From Podarcis vaucheri (lineage: Eukaryota), in the NCBI GenBank assembly GCA_965113315.1, contig OZ220370.1: 64,000 nucleotides of DNA; one strand, given 5' to 3'. Below, piece after piece: positions 1-11,202 of this stretch. Within the stretch, counting starts at the first letter, position 1; each line of letters begins with the position of its first letter. A program made the translations under genes and the position numbers. The notes under the pieces were generated by a model that saw nothing but the letters and a program-made list of their open reading frames with translations, was not told the origin of the DNA and did not search any database.

Positions 1-435
1 TACCTTGTCACAACTTTGTAAGGTTTCGTAGTTAGGCATTGTTGGACCTTATGACGGGGGAGGGTAGGTGTGGCCATATCACCTGCCCCTCCAAGCTTAA
101 GGGTATTCCGTTAAAGGAATCCGGGGGTGTGGTCTTGTCCGAAGCCCAGGGCGGGGGTAGGGCCATGACACAACCCTGAGGGGAACATCTTGGGGAGCTT
201 GAGTTGGTCTGCATCAACGGGGCTCCCCTGTCTGGTGGTTTATCCTTACCCGACTTCCTGCGCAAAGGGCAGGACTCAGATATAATCAGGTCCATTCAGT
301 GCCTAAACCAATACCGCTCACAGTCTGTAATCAATAAAGTTGTGGCCAAAATTTGCCCAATAACATTAACATAATATCTGTGTCCTGGTGTCTTATTCTC
401 TATGAGGGGGTGGTTGCGGGGTCTTGACACGCAAA
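1..435 (+). mobile_element. LTR-like structured repeat, copy A (5' part outside the window)
   Basis: Shares ordered motifs with 11203-11979: CACAACTTTGTAAGG, TTAGGCATTG (32-41), TATTCCGTTAAAGGAATC, TAGGGCCATG, CAGTGCCTAA (297-306), AATAAAGTTGTGGCC (333-347), GT-rich tract, ends CACGCAA. Confidence 0.75.
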
Positions 436-1024
436 TGAGGAGTTAGGAGGATGGGGCTGAGCTGAGCTGACATTCACTGAAGCCTGAGCCACGCATAGTC
501 AGCGCCAGCCAGCATCAGGCCCAATCCAGGTCTGTTTGCTGTGCCAGCCTGGTTCTGAAAGTGTTGGTGTTCCAACTGGCACTCAAAGGTCTGATTCAAT
601 ATATGCTCAATATATATATATGCTGTGCACAGACAGCTGAGAAGAAGAATTTAATTTTATGTATTTATTTACTTTAAAAATATTTATATACTGCTGCATC
701 ATAAAAAATATATCACAGCGGTTTACAACCATATAAAAACACAAAATCATAAAACTCAGTGGAAACTCTCCCGGTTACAGCTATTTTAGGTTTGGCAATT
801 TTGAATGACTGCATTTAAAGAAACAGATTCAGGATGGATCACCCTTGCTCTGAAAGGTCATAATTTGCCTTAAATGTAGTTGAATTGTATTGGCTATGTA
901 GCCATGAAGCTACTTTGCAAATCCTGATTAGCTGGTATCACTATCCTTGCTTTTGGGTTCTGAAGATTCACAACTGTTTCAATAGCCTTTGTTCTAAATA
1001 ATGACAGAAACAGTAAGAAATGGA

Positions 1025-1169
1025 GCAGGGTAGTTCAGTCGGTAGAGCATGAAATTCTTCATCTCAGGGTTGTGGGTTTGAGCCCCATGTTTGGCAAAAT
1101 ATCCCTGCATTGCAGGGAGTTGGTCTAGATGACCATCGGATCCCTCCCAGCAATTATAAGATTCTGTGT
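1025..1169 (+). mobile_element. tRNA-Lys(CTT)-derived SINE with CR1-type 3' tail
   Basis: Degenerate tRNA-Lys head (TAGTTCAGTCGGTAGAGCATGA...TCTCAGGGTTGTGGGTTTGAGCCCCATGTTTGGC), then CCTGCATTGCAGG hairpin and CR1-like tail GGTCTAGATGACC...TCCC...ATTCT. Second copy at 23843-24223. Confidence 0.75.
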
Positions 1170-1202
1170 AGTAGTGACTGGAACAGGAGTGAGAATACCT
1201 TT

Positions 1203-1622
1203 AAAAGATAAAGGTAAAGGACCCCTGACAGTTAAGTCCAGTCGCGAACGACTCTGGGATTGCGGCGCTCATCTCGCTTTACTGGCCGAGGGAGCCAACG
1301 TTTGTCCGCAGACAGTTTGTCCACAGACAGTTTGTCCGCAGACAGTTTGTCCGCAGGCAGTTTGTCCGCAGACATGTTGCTAGCATGACTAAGCCACTTC
1401 TGGCAAAGCCAGAGCAGTGCATGGAAATTCTGCTTACCTTCCCACCGGAGCGGTACCTATTTATCTACTTGCACTTTGACTTGCTTTTGAATGCCTACTG
1501 TAGGTTGGCAGGAGCTGGGACCAAGCAATGGGAGCTCACCCCATTGCAGGGATTTGAACCGCCGACCTTCCGATCGGCAAGCCCTAGGCTCAGTGGTTTA
1601 GACCACAGCTCCAACTGTGTCC
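1203..1622 (-). mobile_element. Sauria SINE (Squam1)
   Basis: Reverse-complement hallmarks AAAGGTAAAGGACCCCTG, GCTCATCTCGCTTT, GGTACCTATTTATCTACTTGCAC; ATACCTT repeated at 1195-1201 and 1623-1629 (TSD). Confidence 0.9.
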
Positions 1623-2976
1623 ATACCTTACTTCCATCCTATATTTGGGCACATTATGGCAACTAATTCACTTGTTGCTGCTGTCAAGGAAAGTAGGAGC
1701 AGGAATAGCTAGTGCAAAAATTCATGAGAATAGCTAACCATCGGATATGAAACTGAGCAATTACCGCTAAGGATGTGTGCAACATGCAGTTCACACATTA
1801 AAACTGGATCTTCCACAATGAATTCTTTGCTTGCCCTTTGACAGGCTTAGGGTTTACTGTGCTTTTCCTATAGTGCATTAACCCTAAAAATAGACAAATT
1901 ACTCAAATTTTGCATACCTATGCTTGGATGTTCAACACCCTACAGCAGCCCCATTGCTTTCAGAGACATTGATTCTCTTGTGATTGGGATCACAAGTTTG
2001 CTCATTAGAAGATATCCCTCTTCAGTTGCAATACTGTGGGTAGGGGAGAAATGTAGGGATGTCAGTTACTGTGTGAATCAGCTAGATGGCACTCTAGCAT
2101 AATAACAAGTTGCCCACTTTGCAGACCACTGGATGGAAGTTCCATGTGTACTGGGGAATGATAATTAATAACGGCATGGAACTTTACACAAGTCTTCCCC
2201 TTCCCACTCCCAGCCATTTCAGCATATTCTGGGAATGCAATTTATAATTAATGGGTTAGAGGCTGCAGCAATTTGTTCCTTCCACGGCTCCCTGAGATGC
2301 ACCACTAATCCCTACCCCAATTCAATGTTCTTTCCTATTCTCCCTGGCCTCTATGCTGTGGCCATTTGTAGTGCAGTGCATATAGCTAGAATGCATGTGG
2401 TCATCTGCTGATACTACATGGTGTCACTAGTTGATGGGGCCACTGATGGCTACTGGTGGTTTCATGAAAATGGCTTCACTCAAAATGCAGGTAATCTCCC
2501 CTCTTCCTCATGAAATATATATTTAAAAACCATTCAAGTCACTTTAGGACACAGAAGCGGGACCACAGAAGTTCTTGGACTCCTGGCCACAGATGGTTTT
2601 AGTGTTCGGCTGAGTAGCTACATCATTTAGGATATAGTGTAAGTCCCCCACCCCAACCACTCCCTTGGAACACCCACTTTTTCAGAATTTACACTGACAT
2701 AAGAATCACCCATCTTAGCTCAGCTGGCTAAGACCCAGCTACACCAGTATGTCAGACTTACACCAGCATAGCCCAGAAACTGGCAATCGATCAGATAAAC
2801 CAGAGATTCACTGGGTCCTAATTTGTTCATCCTTGCCAATCTTGGGCTTGGGTTGCTCCCTTAACTGCCAATCTCCGGCCTGCACTGTCACTATGTCAGG
2901 GATGCACATCAAAGACAGTGCATCACAACAGATAACCAACTAAACAACTTTGGCACAAGCCTATAATACCTGGAAG

Positions 2977-3391
2977 CAGGGATGGACAAATCTGAAAATT
3001 TCAGGTTCGCTCCATTTCTCATTTTTCCAGTATTTGCTTCAATTTGCCCCATTTCTGCATCTGTCAGCATTTTTTTTTAAAAAAATGAAAATACAACAGA
3101 AACATTTGTCAGCATCTTCATGCACATTTCTCCTCATATACACATTTTTATATATGCATATTTTTAAGCAAACCATTCCCCCTACTTTATGTAATTCTGT
3201 GCACTTTTCCCACTAAGATACACTTTTTAGGATGAATTTTGTAATGAACCGGATTGCAAAATTCATAGAAGGCCACATTTTGAGGGTTTGCTGCATTTAG
3301 AGCCACATATTAATTTGGGAAACGTGAATTATGTAAGTGGAGCATGCGCGTATTAAAATGGGGAATCAAATGAAATTCTAAGCTATCCCTC
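2977..3391 (+). mobile_element. Non-autonomous hAT-type element (AGGGATG termini), older copy
   Basis: Homologous to 30101-30555; termini CAGGGATG / TATCCCTC; degenerate 8-bp TSD CCTGGAAG / TGTGGAAG. Confidence 0.65.
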
Positions 3392-4468
3392 TGTGGAAGT
3401 AACAGAATTTACTTCAAGAGTAGACATGTTTATGATTGCTGTTACATACAATCATATGCAATCATCTGGAAAAGACCTCAATTGCGTAAGCAGGAAATAA
3501 TATGTTAGAAATGTGGGTGAGATTATTTAAGTCTGCTGGGTCCTTAGAGGGTGGGGGTAGGTGTTATCTTGATGACTCTTGATATATCTTCCAGCTATGA
3601 TTCCATAGCTCAATGTTTACATTTTCATCGGTTATGAGATGTGCATTTCCCTACAGACTCATATTTCGCAGAGAGGTGAAATCTGAATTCCCCTCAGAGC
3701 GTGTATTTCATTTCTGACAAATATTTCCAGAGGACCTCGAATCAGGTCCCTGTTGCAAGGCGTGCGGGAGATGAGCGTTCTGATTTTTCTCATTAGAGTG
3801 TTTTCAGACTTTGATTCTCATTATCTGCCCAGCTCTATGAAGGGGCAAGCCCTTTAAATTACTCGTTGAGTATAAATAATGCAGTAATTAGTCTCATAAA
3901 CGCGCTCAACTTCCTATAAGAAAATAATTGTTCCTTCTCCTTATCTCTTTCACTCCTTTTTTTTTTTAAGATTACCCTAATGAATCCACGATAACACCAA
4001 GCATCCTGATTCCCCTAGACTACACACTAGCAAGGAACTTTATAAAGGAAAGCAGATACTTAAATCTTTAAAGCTAGATTATATTTGCTTCTCTAATTTA
4101 GCGGAGGAGGAGGAGGCAGAGTAGCAACACCTCAAGAGCTTAAATCGAAGCACTGCCTTGTCCACCTTCTTTGTGCCATCTTTTCACTCTGATGTCCACT
4201 GCATTGAAACTGAAACGAGAGAGTAGTCATTTTCCTTGACACTTTCTTTGAGAAACGACAGCTTCTTTGAAGTGCACCCACAACCATTCTGCAACATCTG
4301 GGTAGTGTTTTTTTGTCTGTCTGTCTGTTGTTGTTCCTCCCCTGTGCTCATTAGTTCTGAAGAGCGGCTCCATCGAGCTCAGGCTGGTCCAACCTCTCAG
4401 ACCAAGTGGACCGTGAGAGTACTTTGGCACAGAACCTGAGAGCCAGGCCTGAAGGTATAGGGCTATAT

Positions 4469-5143
4469 CTGCACTGGCTCCTGGTGGAGTATTGGGTAAG
4501 GTTTAAGGTGCTGGTTTTGACCTTTAAAGCCCTATGTGGCTTAGGGCCCTCATATTTACGGGACGGCCTCTCCTGGTATGCCCCGCAGAGGACCTTAAGG
4601 TCCATGAATAATCATAGTTTAGAGGTCCCAGGCCCTAAGGAAGTCAGATTATCCTCCACCAGGGCCAGGGCCTTCTCAGTGATGGCTCCGACCTGGTGGA
4701 ATGCTCTGTCCCATGAGACCAGGGCCCTGCAGGATTTGACTTCCTTCCACAGGGCCTGTAAAATAGAACAATTCCGTCTGGCTTTCAGTTTGAACTTAGC
4801 CTGATCTTTTATTCCCCTTCCTTCCCTCCCCCTCCCCTTTTTATGAAGATTACCCGCTCTGGAATCCCACACCTAATTCTCCCCTTGTCTCCTCGCTGGC
4901 CCAAATAGGACTGATTTAGCCAGCTAGCCCTGGAGATCATCTAATGTTTATTGGGTGGATTTCCCCCCTAAATTGATTTTTGAATTCTGAATTCATTGTT
5001 ATTCATGTTTTATACTGTATTTTATGCTGTTTTTTGTTGCATCAATTAAGTGTTTTAAATTTGTTGTTAGCCGCCCTCAGCCCGGTTTTCTGAACCGGGA
5101 AGGGCGGGGTATAAATAAAAAATTATATATTATTATTATTATA
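4469..5143 (+). mobile_element. L2-clade LINE 3' fragment (ORF2 C-terminus, 3' UTR, tail)
   Basis: Translation LHWL..RFKVLVLTFKALCGLGPSYLRD..RAFSVMAPTWWNAL is typical of the L2 ORF2 C-terminus; ends GTTAGCCGCCCT..GGGCGGGGTATAAATAAA plus TAT repeats. Confidence 0.85.
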
Positions 5144-6219
5144 TCTGAAAATGTTACACTGAATGCATGGAAGTCAGGGGGTGGGGTGGGGGGGCACACA
5201 TGACATCAGGGTCTGGTCCAGCAAGCATGATCCTGGATCCCCTCCACTCTTTAGTGTGCATACAGAGGATACCATCTGAAGAAATAAGCACTATCTGTTT
5301 GCATGAAGCAACGTGAGACAGATCTATGTTTTCTATCATTTAAAACTTTTTCTTGCCCTCTATTAAAAATCCTGTTCTTTTGCTTCAAGATGTTCAAACT
5401 TCTAAATGGCACACACAGATATGGACCCAATAAAATGTATAACCTAGCATTCTCTAATACTTTTTTCTGGTGTTTTGCTTACTGGTAGTTATAGTGCATA
5501 ACTTCATAAGGCACTCAGATGTCTTGACAAATGAAGCAGGGGCCTTTAATCTACCTGTTTCATCCCATTTCCAATGGGGAAGAAATTCCTGCTGTTTGTT
5601 TGCTTATGTACACAAATATAATGGGTAACGTACTGATCACACACTGTGCAAAATGTGTGTAATCATCTGCCAGTATGCCTCAATCTGAAAGCGGCTTTTG
5701 GATGTAATTTTAAACTTGGACCTCTTACGAATAGATGGTATGAACATATATCATTAATTATCCACAGTTGCTTTCAACAAAGGCCTATATTTGTTTCTCC
5801 CTGAGCTGCCATGCTGATATTCAGTGCAGGTAAAAGATGCAGGGAGTCATTTTTATGAATGTGTGGCTTAGGGTCATGCAAGATGAATCATTAGTGGGAA
5901 TATTTAAAGGCTGAAGAAATATTTTTGTGGCAGACGTGTAAGATGAGGGACGCTGCAGTCACACTCGCAATTATCGGCATATTCCCTGCTGAGTTGCAGG
6001 TGTCATGTGGAGTGCTCCTGCTAGCCTATGAGGTTACGAGTTCAAGAACCATAGCCCACTGCTGAAAGAAAGGAGATGGGCATGGCTAAAAAACAACAAC
6101 AATGTTCTTCCTTTCTCTTCCGTAATGTCACAAATTAGATTATAAACTCTTTGGGGCACCTCTGTTTTGCTTGCAAAACTCTGGAATGTTTCTTGAATAT
6201 TATCCTTAATTGGGTGTAG

Positions 6220-6342
6220 GGTTAGGGGATAAATTCAATTCAATTAAAGGTGAACCTGCCTAACAACATCTTCTGAAACAAAATGTGAACTAAGAACAGC
6301 CTTCCTTTGAAATTTGCACTTATTTGAATTTTGCAATGCATT
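6220..6342 (-). mobile_element. Fragment of the AGGGATG hAT-type family
   Basis: Matches the reverse complement of the 3' end of 30101-30555 and the start of 49940-50362. Confidence 0.5.
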
Positions 6343-6344
6343 CA

Positions 6345-6361
6345 TTCTCTCTCTCTCTCTC

Positions 6362-6405
<44 letters not shown>

Positions 6406-6428
6406 CTACCTACCTACCTACCTATCTA
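6345..6428. repeat. Compound (CT)n(CA)n(CTAC)n microsatellite
   Basis: Directly visible. Confidence 0.95.
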
Positions 6429-6529
6429 ATCTCACCTTTCCTCCAAGGAGCTCATGATGGTGTACATAGTTCTTGCCACTCCATTTTATCCAAAAGGAGG
6501 GTCCCTGCCTTAATGTATTTTTAATCTCC

Positions 6530-6605
6530 TGTTGGAAGCCACCCAGAGTGGTTGGGGAAACCCAGCCATATGGGCAGAGTATAAGTAATAAATTATTATT
6601 ATTAT
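6530..6605 (+). mobile_element. L2-type 3' terminal fragment
   Basis: TGTTGGAAGCCACCCAGAGTGGTTGGGGAAACCCAGCC plus (TAT)n, matching the tail of the L2 at 59478-59825. Confidence 0.7.
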
Positions 6606-6631
6606 GCCTTATGTTGATATTCTTCCATCCT

Positions 6632-6693
6632 AGGGGCTTGAACTAGATGATCTTTAGGGTCCCTTCTAGCTCTACAATTCTATGATTCTATGA
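6632..6693 (+). mobile_element. CR1 3' terminal fragment
   Basis: GAACTAGATGATCTT..GGTCCCTTCTAGCTCTACAATTCTATGATTCTATGA with the CR1 octamer (ATTCTATG)2. Confidence 0.8.
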
Positions 6694-6974
6694 AACTTGA
6701 CTAAAGCAACTGCTTCGCCAACCAGGGCCCTCCAGATGTTATCAGTCTCCAGTTCCCATTGTGCTCGTCCACTGCCTATGCTGACTGGAACTGATTGATG
6801 CCAACAATGTTTCAGTTTCTGTAGCTAGGGGATGAGGATGAGGATGAGACACTTGAAGGAGCCCAGCCGACTCCATGCCCTCTTAATCCTTGCCCTTCTT
6901 GGCTGCTAAGAGTTTCAGGCACACACCCAATTCAAAAGAAATAAACATTAGATGCTACCATAGAAAGTATAGGT

Positions 6975-7294
6975 CAGGGGTCAGCAACCTTTTTCAGCCA
7001 TGGGCTGATCCACCATCCCTCAGACCATGTGGTGGGCCGGACTATATGGGGGAGGGGAATGAATGAATTCCTATGCCCCACAAGTAACCCAGAGAGGCAT
7101 TTTAAATAAAAGCACACATTCTACTCATGTAAAAACACCAGGCAGGCCCCACAAATAACCCAGAGAGGCATTTTAAATAAAAGCACACCTTCTACTCATG
7201 TAAAAACCATGCTGATTCCCAGACCATCTACTGGCCAGATTGAGAAGGCAATTGGGCCTCATCCGGCCCACGGGCCTTAGTTTGCCTACCCCTG
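6975..7294 (+). mobile_element. hAT MITE (CAGGGGT termini)
   Basis: TIR CAGGGGTCAGCAA / TTGCCTACCCCTG; perfect 8-bp TSD GTATAGGT (6967-6974, 7295-7302); internal ~70-bp tandem duplication; inverted sibling at 41258-41513. Confidence 0.92.
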
Positions 7295-9069
7295 GTATAG
7301 GTGTTCTTCCCTTCTTCAGGAAAGAAATATATGTGCATTTTAACTCTCTCAGAGTAAAGGTAGCGAGTATAGCCTGTAATACCCCCGACTCGGGGCAGCC
7401 TGTCCCGTTTAACCACCTTGGGATTCTGCTGCCCAAGATGGCTGCCATCAATTGACCTCATTTTTGGGGCAGCCCTGCTCTTAGCACCACCATCACCAGC
7501 TTTCAGATGCTACCTTCTTCACCTTACGAACAAAATGGTTATGGGAAAAGCAGAGATAGCATGAAGAACACATACACAAACTTGCACAATGTATTTTCTT
7601 GGCTCATTTCAATATTCAGAAGTAGTATGTTAACATACAAACTGTTCTGCTAAAACAGGTCAGAGGTCAAACATCTCTGGCCTGCAAGCCTGTTCTTCTC
7701 TACTGTCAGTCAAGATTTTCTTTCCACACTCACATGAAGTATTTGTGAATGTGTCTTTCCTTCCAAAGAATTCTGCTGTTGAAAACTGTTGGCTTTTTGT
7801 TTTTAGATAGGCTGCTCCTAACAAAGTGACATTTTTTTTAGTAATAGCCAAAAGCTGTTAATCTCCCTGCGTCCAAATGAGGGTTTGCTTTCCTTTTGTG
7901 TGTTTCCTCCTCTCCCTTCCTCTCTCTTTTTGTCTCCTTTCAGAAGCGTTAGCAAAATTTAGAAGCAGTTGAATTGGTTGACGATGCCATTCTAGTTTAA
8001 CCATAATTAAGATTAATTTTTATTTAGCAAACAGCTATGCTGTGGAAGAGTTCAGACTACTGTTTGACATCATAAATCATGATTAGGAAGCAGTGAAATG
8101 CTTACGCCTCTCCCCCCCACACACAAAAAAGAGGTTATATAAATAAAATATAAAGAAAAGCATAACACATTAATAGCTACAGCAGGTAATTAATTGTGAA
8201 ATTGCAATCCCTTTTTGGATTTAGGAATCCAAAATCTCCCCCCCCCCCCAAAAAAAAAGCATCCTGGGAACTGTGGTTTGTTACTGGTGCTAGGAACTGT
8301 ACCTCTTTGAGAGGTACAGTCCCCAGCATTCTTTTTTTTTTGGGGGGGGGTGCTTTAAATGTGTGTATGAACTCATTAACACAGTTTGTGCATCCCCCAC
8401 CCTCCTATTCCCTTGCAAAATACAAAAGTGGATAAGGAGAGAACCAGGTAATATGGAATATTGTCTCTCACTAAGAGAAGCTAGTTTTAAGCTAAACCAA
8501 ATTTTGGCATAGCCTCTCCTCTTCCCGGAGGGGAGGGGCTGTGAGCGGGAATCACTTCCTGCACTCGCAGGGTGTGTACGGCTGGGCCCCCTGCGTCAAT
8601 GGAATCCTGGGCCCGTGTCATGCACCCCAGCCAGCCAATCTGGTTGGCTGGTGGGCGTGGCTTGGCCATTTTAAAATGGCCGTGGGCCCACGAGTCCTTC
8701 CTTGTTTCCAGGCTTCCTTGGATCACCCTCCCTCTAGGTTTTGCTTCTGCACTTGACCTTGCCATGGACCTTGGTTGGTCGCCTTGGTTGCCCAAGGGGC
8801 CTAGTAGCAATTTTTTCCACTTGGCAGATAGCAGATCGTCACAGCTTTGTAAGGTCTGGCGGTTAGGCATTGGAAATGTGTTGTGTGTTGGAGGGGAGGT
8901 TGTGACCATTGCCTACCCCTCCCCTTTAAGGGTATTCCATTAAAGGAATCTGGTGGTCGTGGTTCCTGTCCGATGCCCAGGTGGTGGCTAGGGCCATGTC
9001 TTGACCCTCCGGCGACTCTAGGGGAAAGCTTCCAGCTGATTCGCATCTACAAGCTCCCCCTTGTTGGGG

Positions 9070-9286
9070 GCCTGTGTGGTGTAGTGGTTAAGAGGGGTAG
9101 GCTCGTAATCCGGTGAACTGGGTTCGTGTCTCCGCTCCTCCACATGCAGCTGCTGGTTGACCTTGGGCCAGTCACACTTCTCTGAAGTCTCTCAGCCCCA
9201 CTCACCTCACAGAGTGTTTGTTGTGGGGGAGGAAGGGAAAGGAGAATGTTAGCCGCTTTGAGACTCCTTCAGGTAGTGAAAAAGCA
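9070..9286 (+). mobile_element. Squam3-type tRNA-derived SINE (3' end in gap)
   Basis: GTGTGGTGTAGTGGTTAAGAG..CGTAATC..GGTTCG head and GGAAGGGAAAGGAGAATGTTAGCCGCTTTGAGACTCC body, near-identical to 30841-31086. Confidence 0.9.
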
Positions 9287-9419
9287 NNNNNNNNNNNNNN
9301 NNNNNNNNNNNNNNNNNNNNNNNNNNNNNNNNNNNNNNNNNNNNNNNNNNNNNNNNNNNNNNNNNNNNNNNNNNNNNNNNNNNNNNNNNNNNNNNNNNNN
9401 NNNNNNNNNNNNNNNNNNN
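9287..9419. other. Assembly gap (N run)
   Basis: Ns in sequence. Confidence 1.
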
Positions 9420-9651
9420 ACCCTTGTGTGACTCCCTGCAGAGTGGGCAGGAGTCAAGTATAGTTTGTTCTCATCCAATGCCTAAGCCAATACCTCTCAC
9501 ATTCTGTAACCAATAAAGTTGTGGCCCTTTTTAGCCCATTAACCTAAAATACTTGTGTCCATGTGTCTTATTTCATCATGAAGCAGGGAGCGGGGCCTCA
9601 ACTCACCAACATTTTAGCTGCTCCAAAGTGAAGGGAGTTCATTTACAACAA

Positions 9652-9660
9652 ACACACACA

Positions 9661-9720
<60 letters not shown>
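9652..9720. repeat. (CA)n(GA)n microsatellite
   Basis: Directly visible. Confidence 0.95.
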
Positions 9721-9724
<4 letters not shown>

Positions 9725-10897
9725 TTCCAAGGTTTAGCACCATCTATTCTTTCAATTGGGTTTAAGTAAAAAGTGTTTATGGTGTTCTTACTTTATTTTA
9801 AAGTAATAACAGAAAATAAATTCTTAGAACTAAAGGGGGGGTGAATAAAATTAAAATCCCACTTCTTCAAAAAATTACAGTCCGTTGCCACACTTGCCTT
9901 GCAAAATAACTGCCCTACAACAAACAAGTCTTAATCCTAATAATAATAATAATGCTGGCAATTGTTGTACTTTTGCTGAAGAGGCCAGTGCTGTGGTAAG
10001 CCCTCTGACAGTAAGAGGCAATCTATTCATAAACGATTCTTCCTTTGTGTGTAATGAGTGGAAGCCATTTGCAGCACAGAAGTGATTGAGTAATGAACGG
10101 ATTTAACATGGAAAGATGAGGGGGAAGGAAATAAAAGTGTGCTTAGGTGTAACAAGAACGTTAAAGGGGGAAGATTGCTGTTGGAGGATGGCTGCTTACC
10201 TTAGAGGTTATAATAAAGGCAGGAAGTGCCTACTTTTAAAAAAAATAAAAACATTTATAAACGACCCTTTTCTTAGCAAGATGACTATATTTAAAGAAGC
10301 CTGAGGAGGATTTTCCTACAATTTGCCAGTGTACATACATATTACCAGCTTGAAACAGAGCCAGGTAATTCTCTTTTTTCTCTCAATTTGGACCAAAGCT
10401 GAGGGGGGCATGGGGGTGGGAAACAGGAGAATGCATGAAAACACAAGATGCAGGGTGCATACGGATTGTGGCTAATTTCATGTATACACCACTTCCTGAT
10501 CTGTATGTATAGCTAGCTCCTGAGTCAAGTGGAAACATTTGAAGAGGGAAGCTCCTGTAGAGGTGAATGGGAGGAGGAAGCTGGTGTGGGTCTGGAGGCC
10601 TAGGACAAAGGAAGGCATATTCTAATGACCATGCACTGGGTTGGGGGAAAAGCCATCATAAGAAAAGTGCATGTAGCAGGTTTTTTTTAAAATGTTTATT
10701 AAAGGTTTTCATGAATTACCCAAGAATGTGCAATGTCTCTTTTGTAGCCGTTTTGATGAAGCCGAAGCAGTTGCAAGGGAGATGTATGGAAAGTTTTGAA
10801 AAGGAAAACAAGGCACAGGATACCTAGTTAGCAATGGTGTGTGGTGAGGTGGGTTGTAAAGGTGACCTCACAGCATCCCAAACCATCTTTTGTAGGC

Positions 10898-11075
10898 AGG
10901 GCCTATAGCTCAGTGATCGAACAGGTGTATATAAGCAGAAGGCAGCATGTTCAATGCTTAGCATCTTGGGTTAGCAGAGTTGTGATAGAACATGGCCTGA
11001 GTTTCTGGAGAGGCACTGCCAGGCAGAGTACACAACACTGGTCCATATGCTCCAATAGCCCAGCTACATAGCTTA
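10898..11075 (+). mobile_element. Old tRNA-derived SINE (Squam2-like)
   Basis: GGGGCCTATAGCTCAGTG head, GCAGAAGG..GTTCAAT B-box region, CTGGAGAG..CTGCCAG body; related copies at 41560-41725 and 45365-45470. Confidence 0.55.
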
Positions 11076-11202
11076 CCTTTTCTATACTAGCTATAATGCA
11101 TGAACCTGGTGCCTTCCATATGTTGTCGGACTCCAACCCCAATCAGCACCAACCAGTGTTGATAATATGAACAAAGTGTGTTCTCCCTGAAATGAGAGCA
11201 CA

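Larger units (their letters stand above)
8500..9612 (+). mobile_element. LTR-like structured repeat, copy B (interrupted by a Squam3 SINE and a gap)
   Basis: CCAAT, GGGCGTGG and TTTTAAAA at ~8635-8677; GGTCGCC hairpin; TTAGGCATTGGA 8863-8874; TCCAATGCCTAA 9474-9485; AATAAA 9512-9517. Left boundary approximate. Confidence 0.75.

Noticed and set aside
1301-1375. Regular direct repeats (also 39661-39710) as a CRISPR-like array
   Set aside because: Head-to-tail units without unique spacers, inside eukaryotic TEs, no cas genes.
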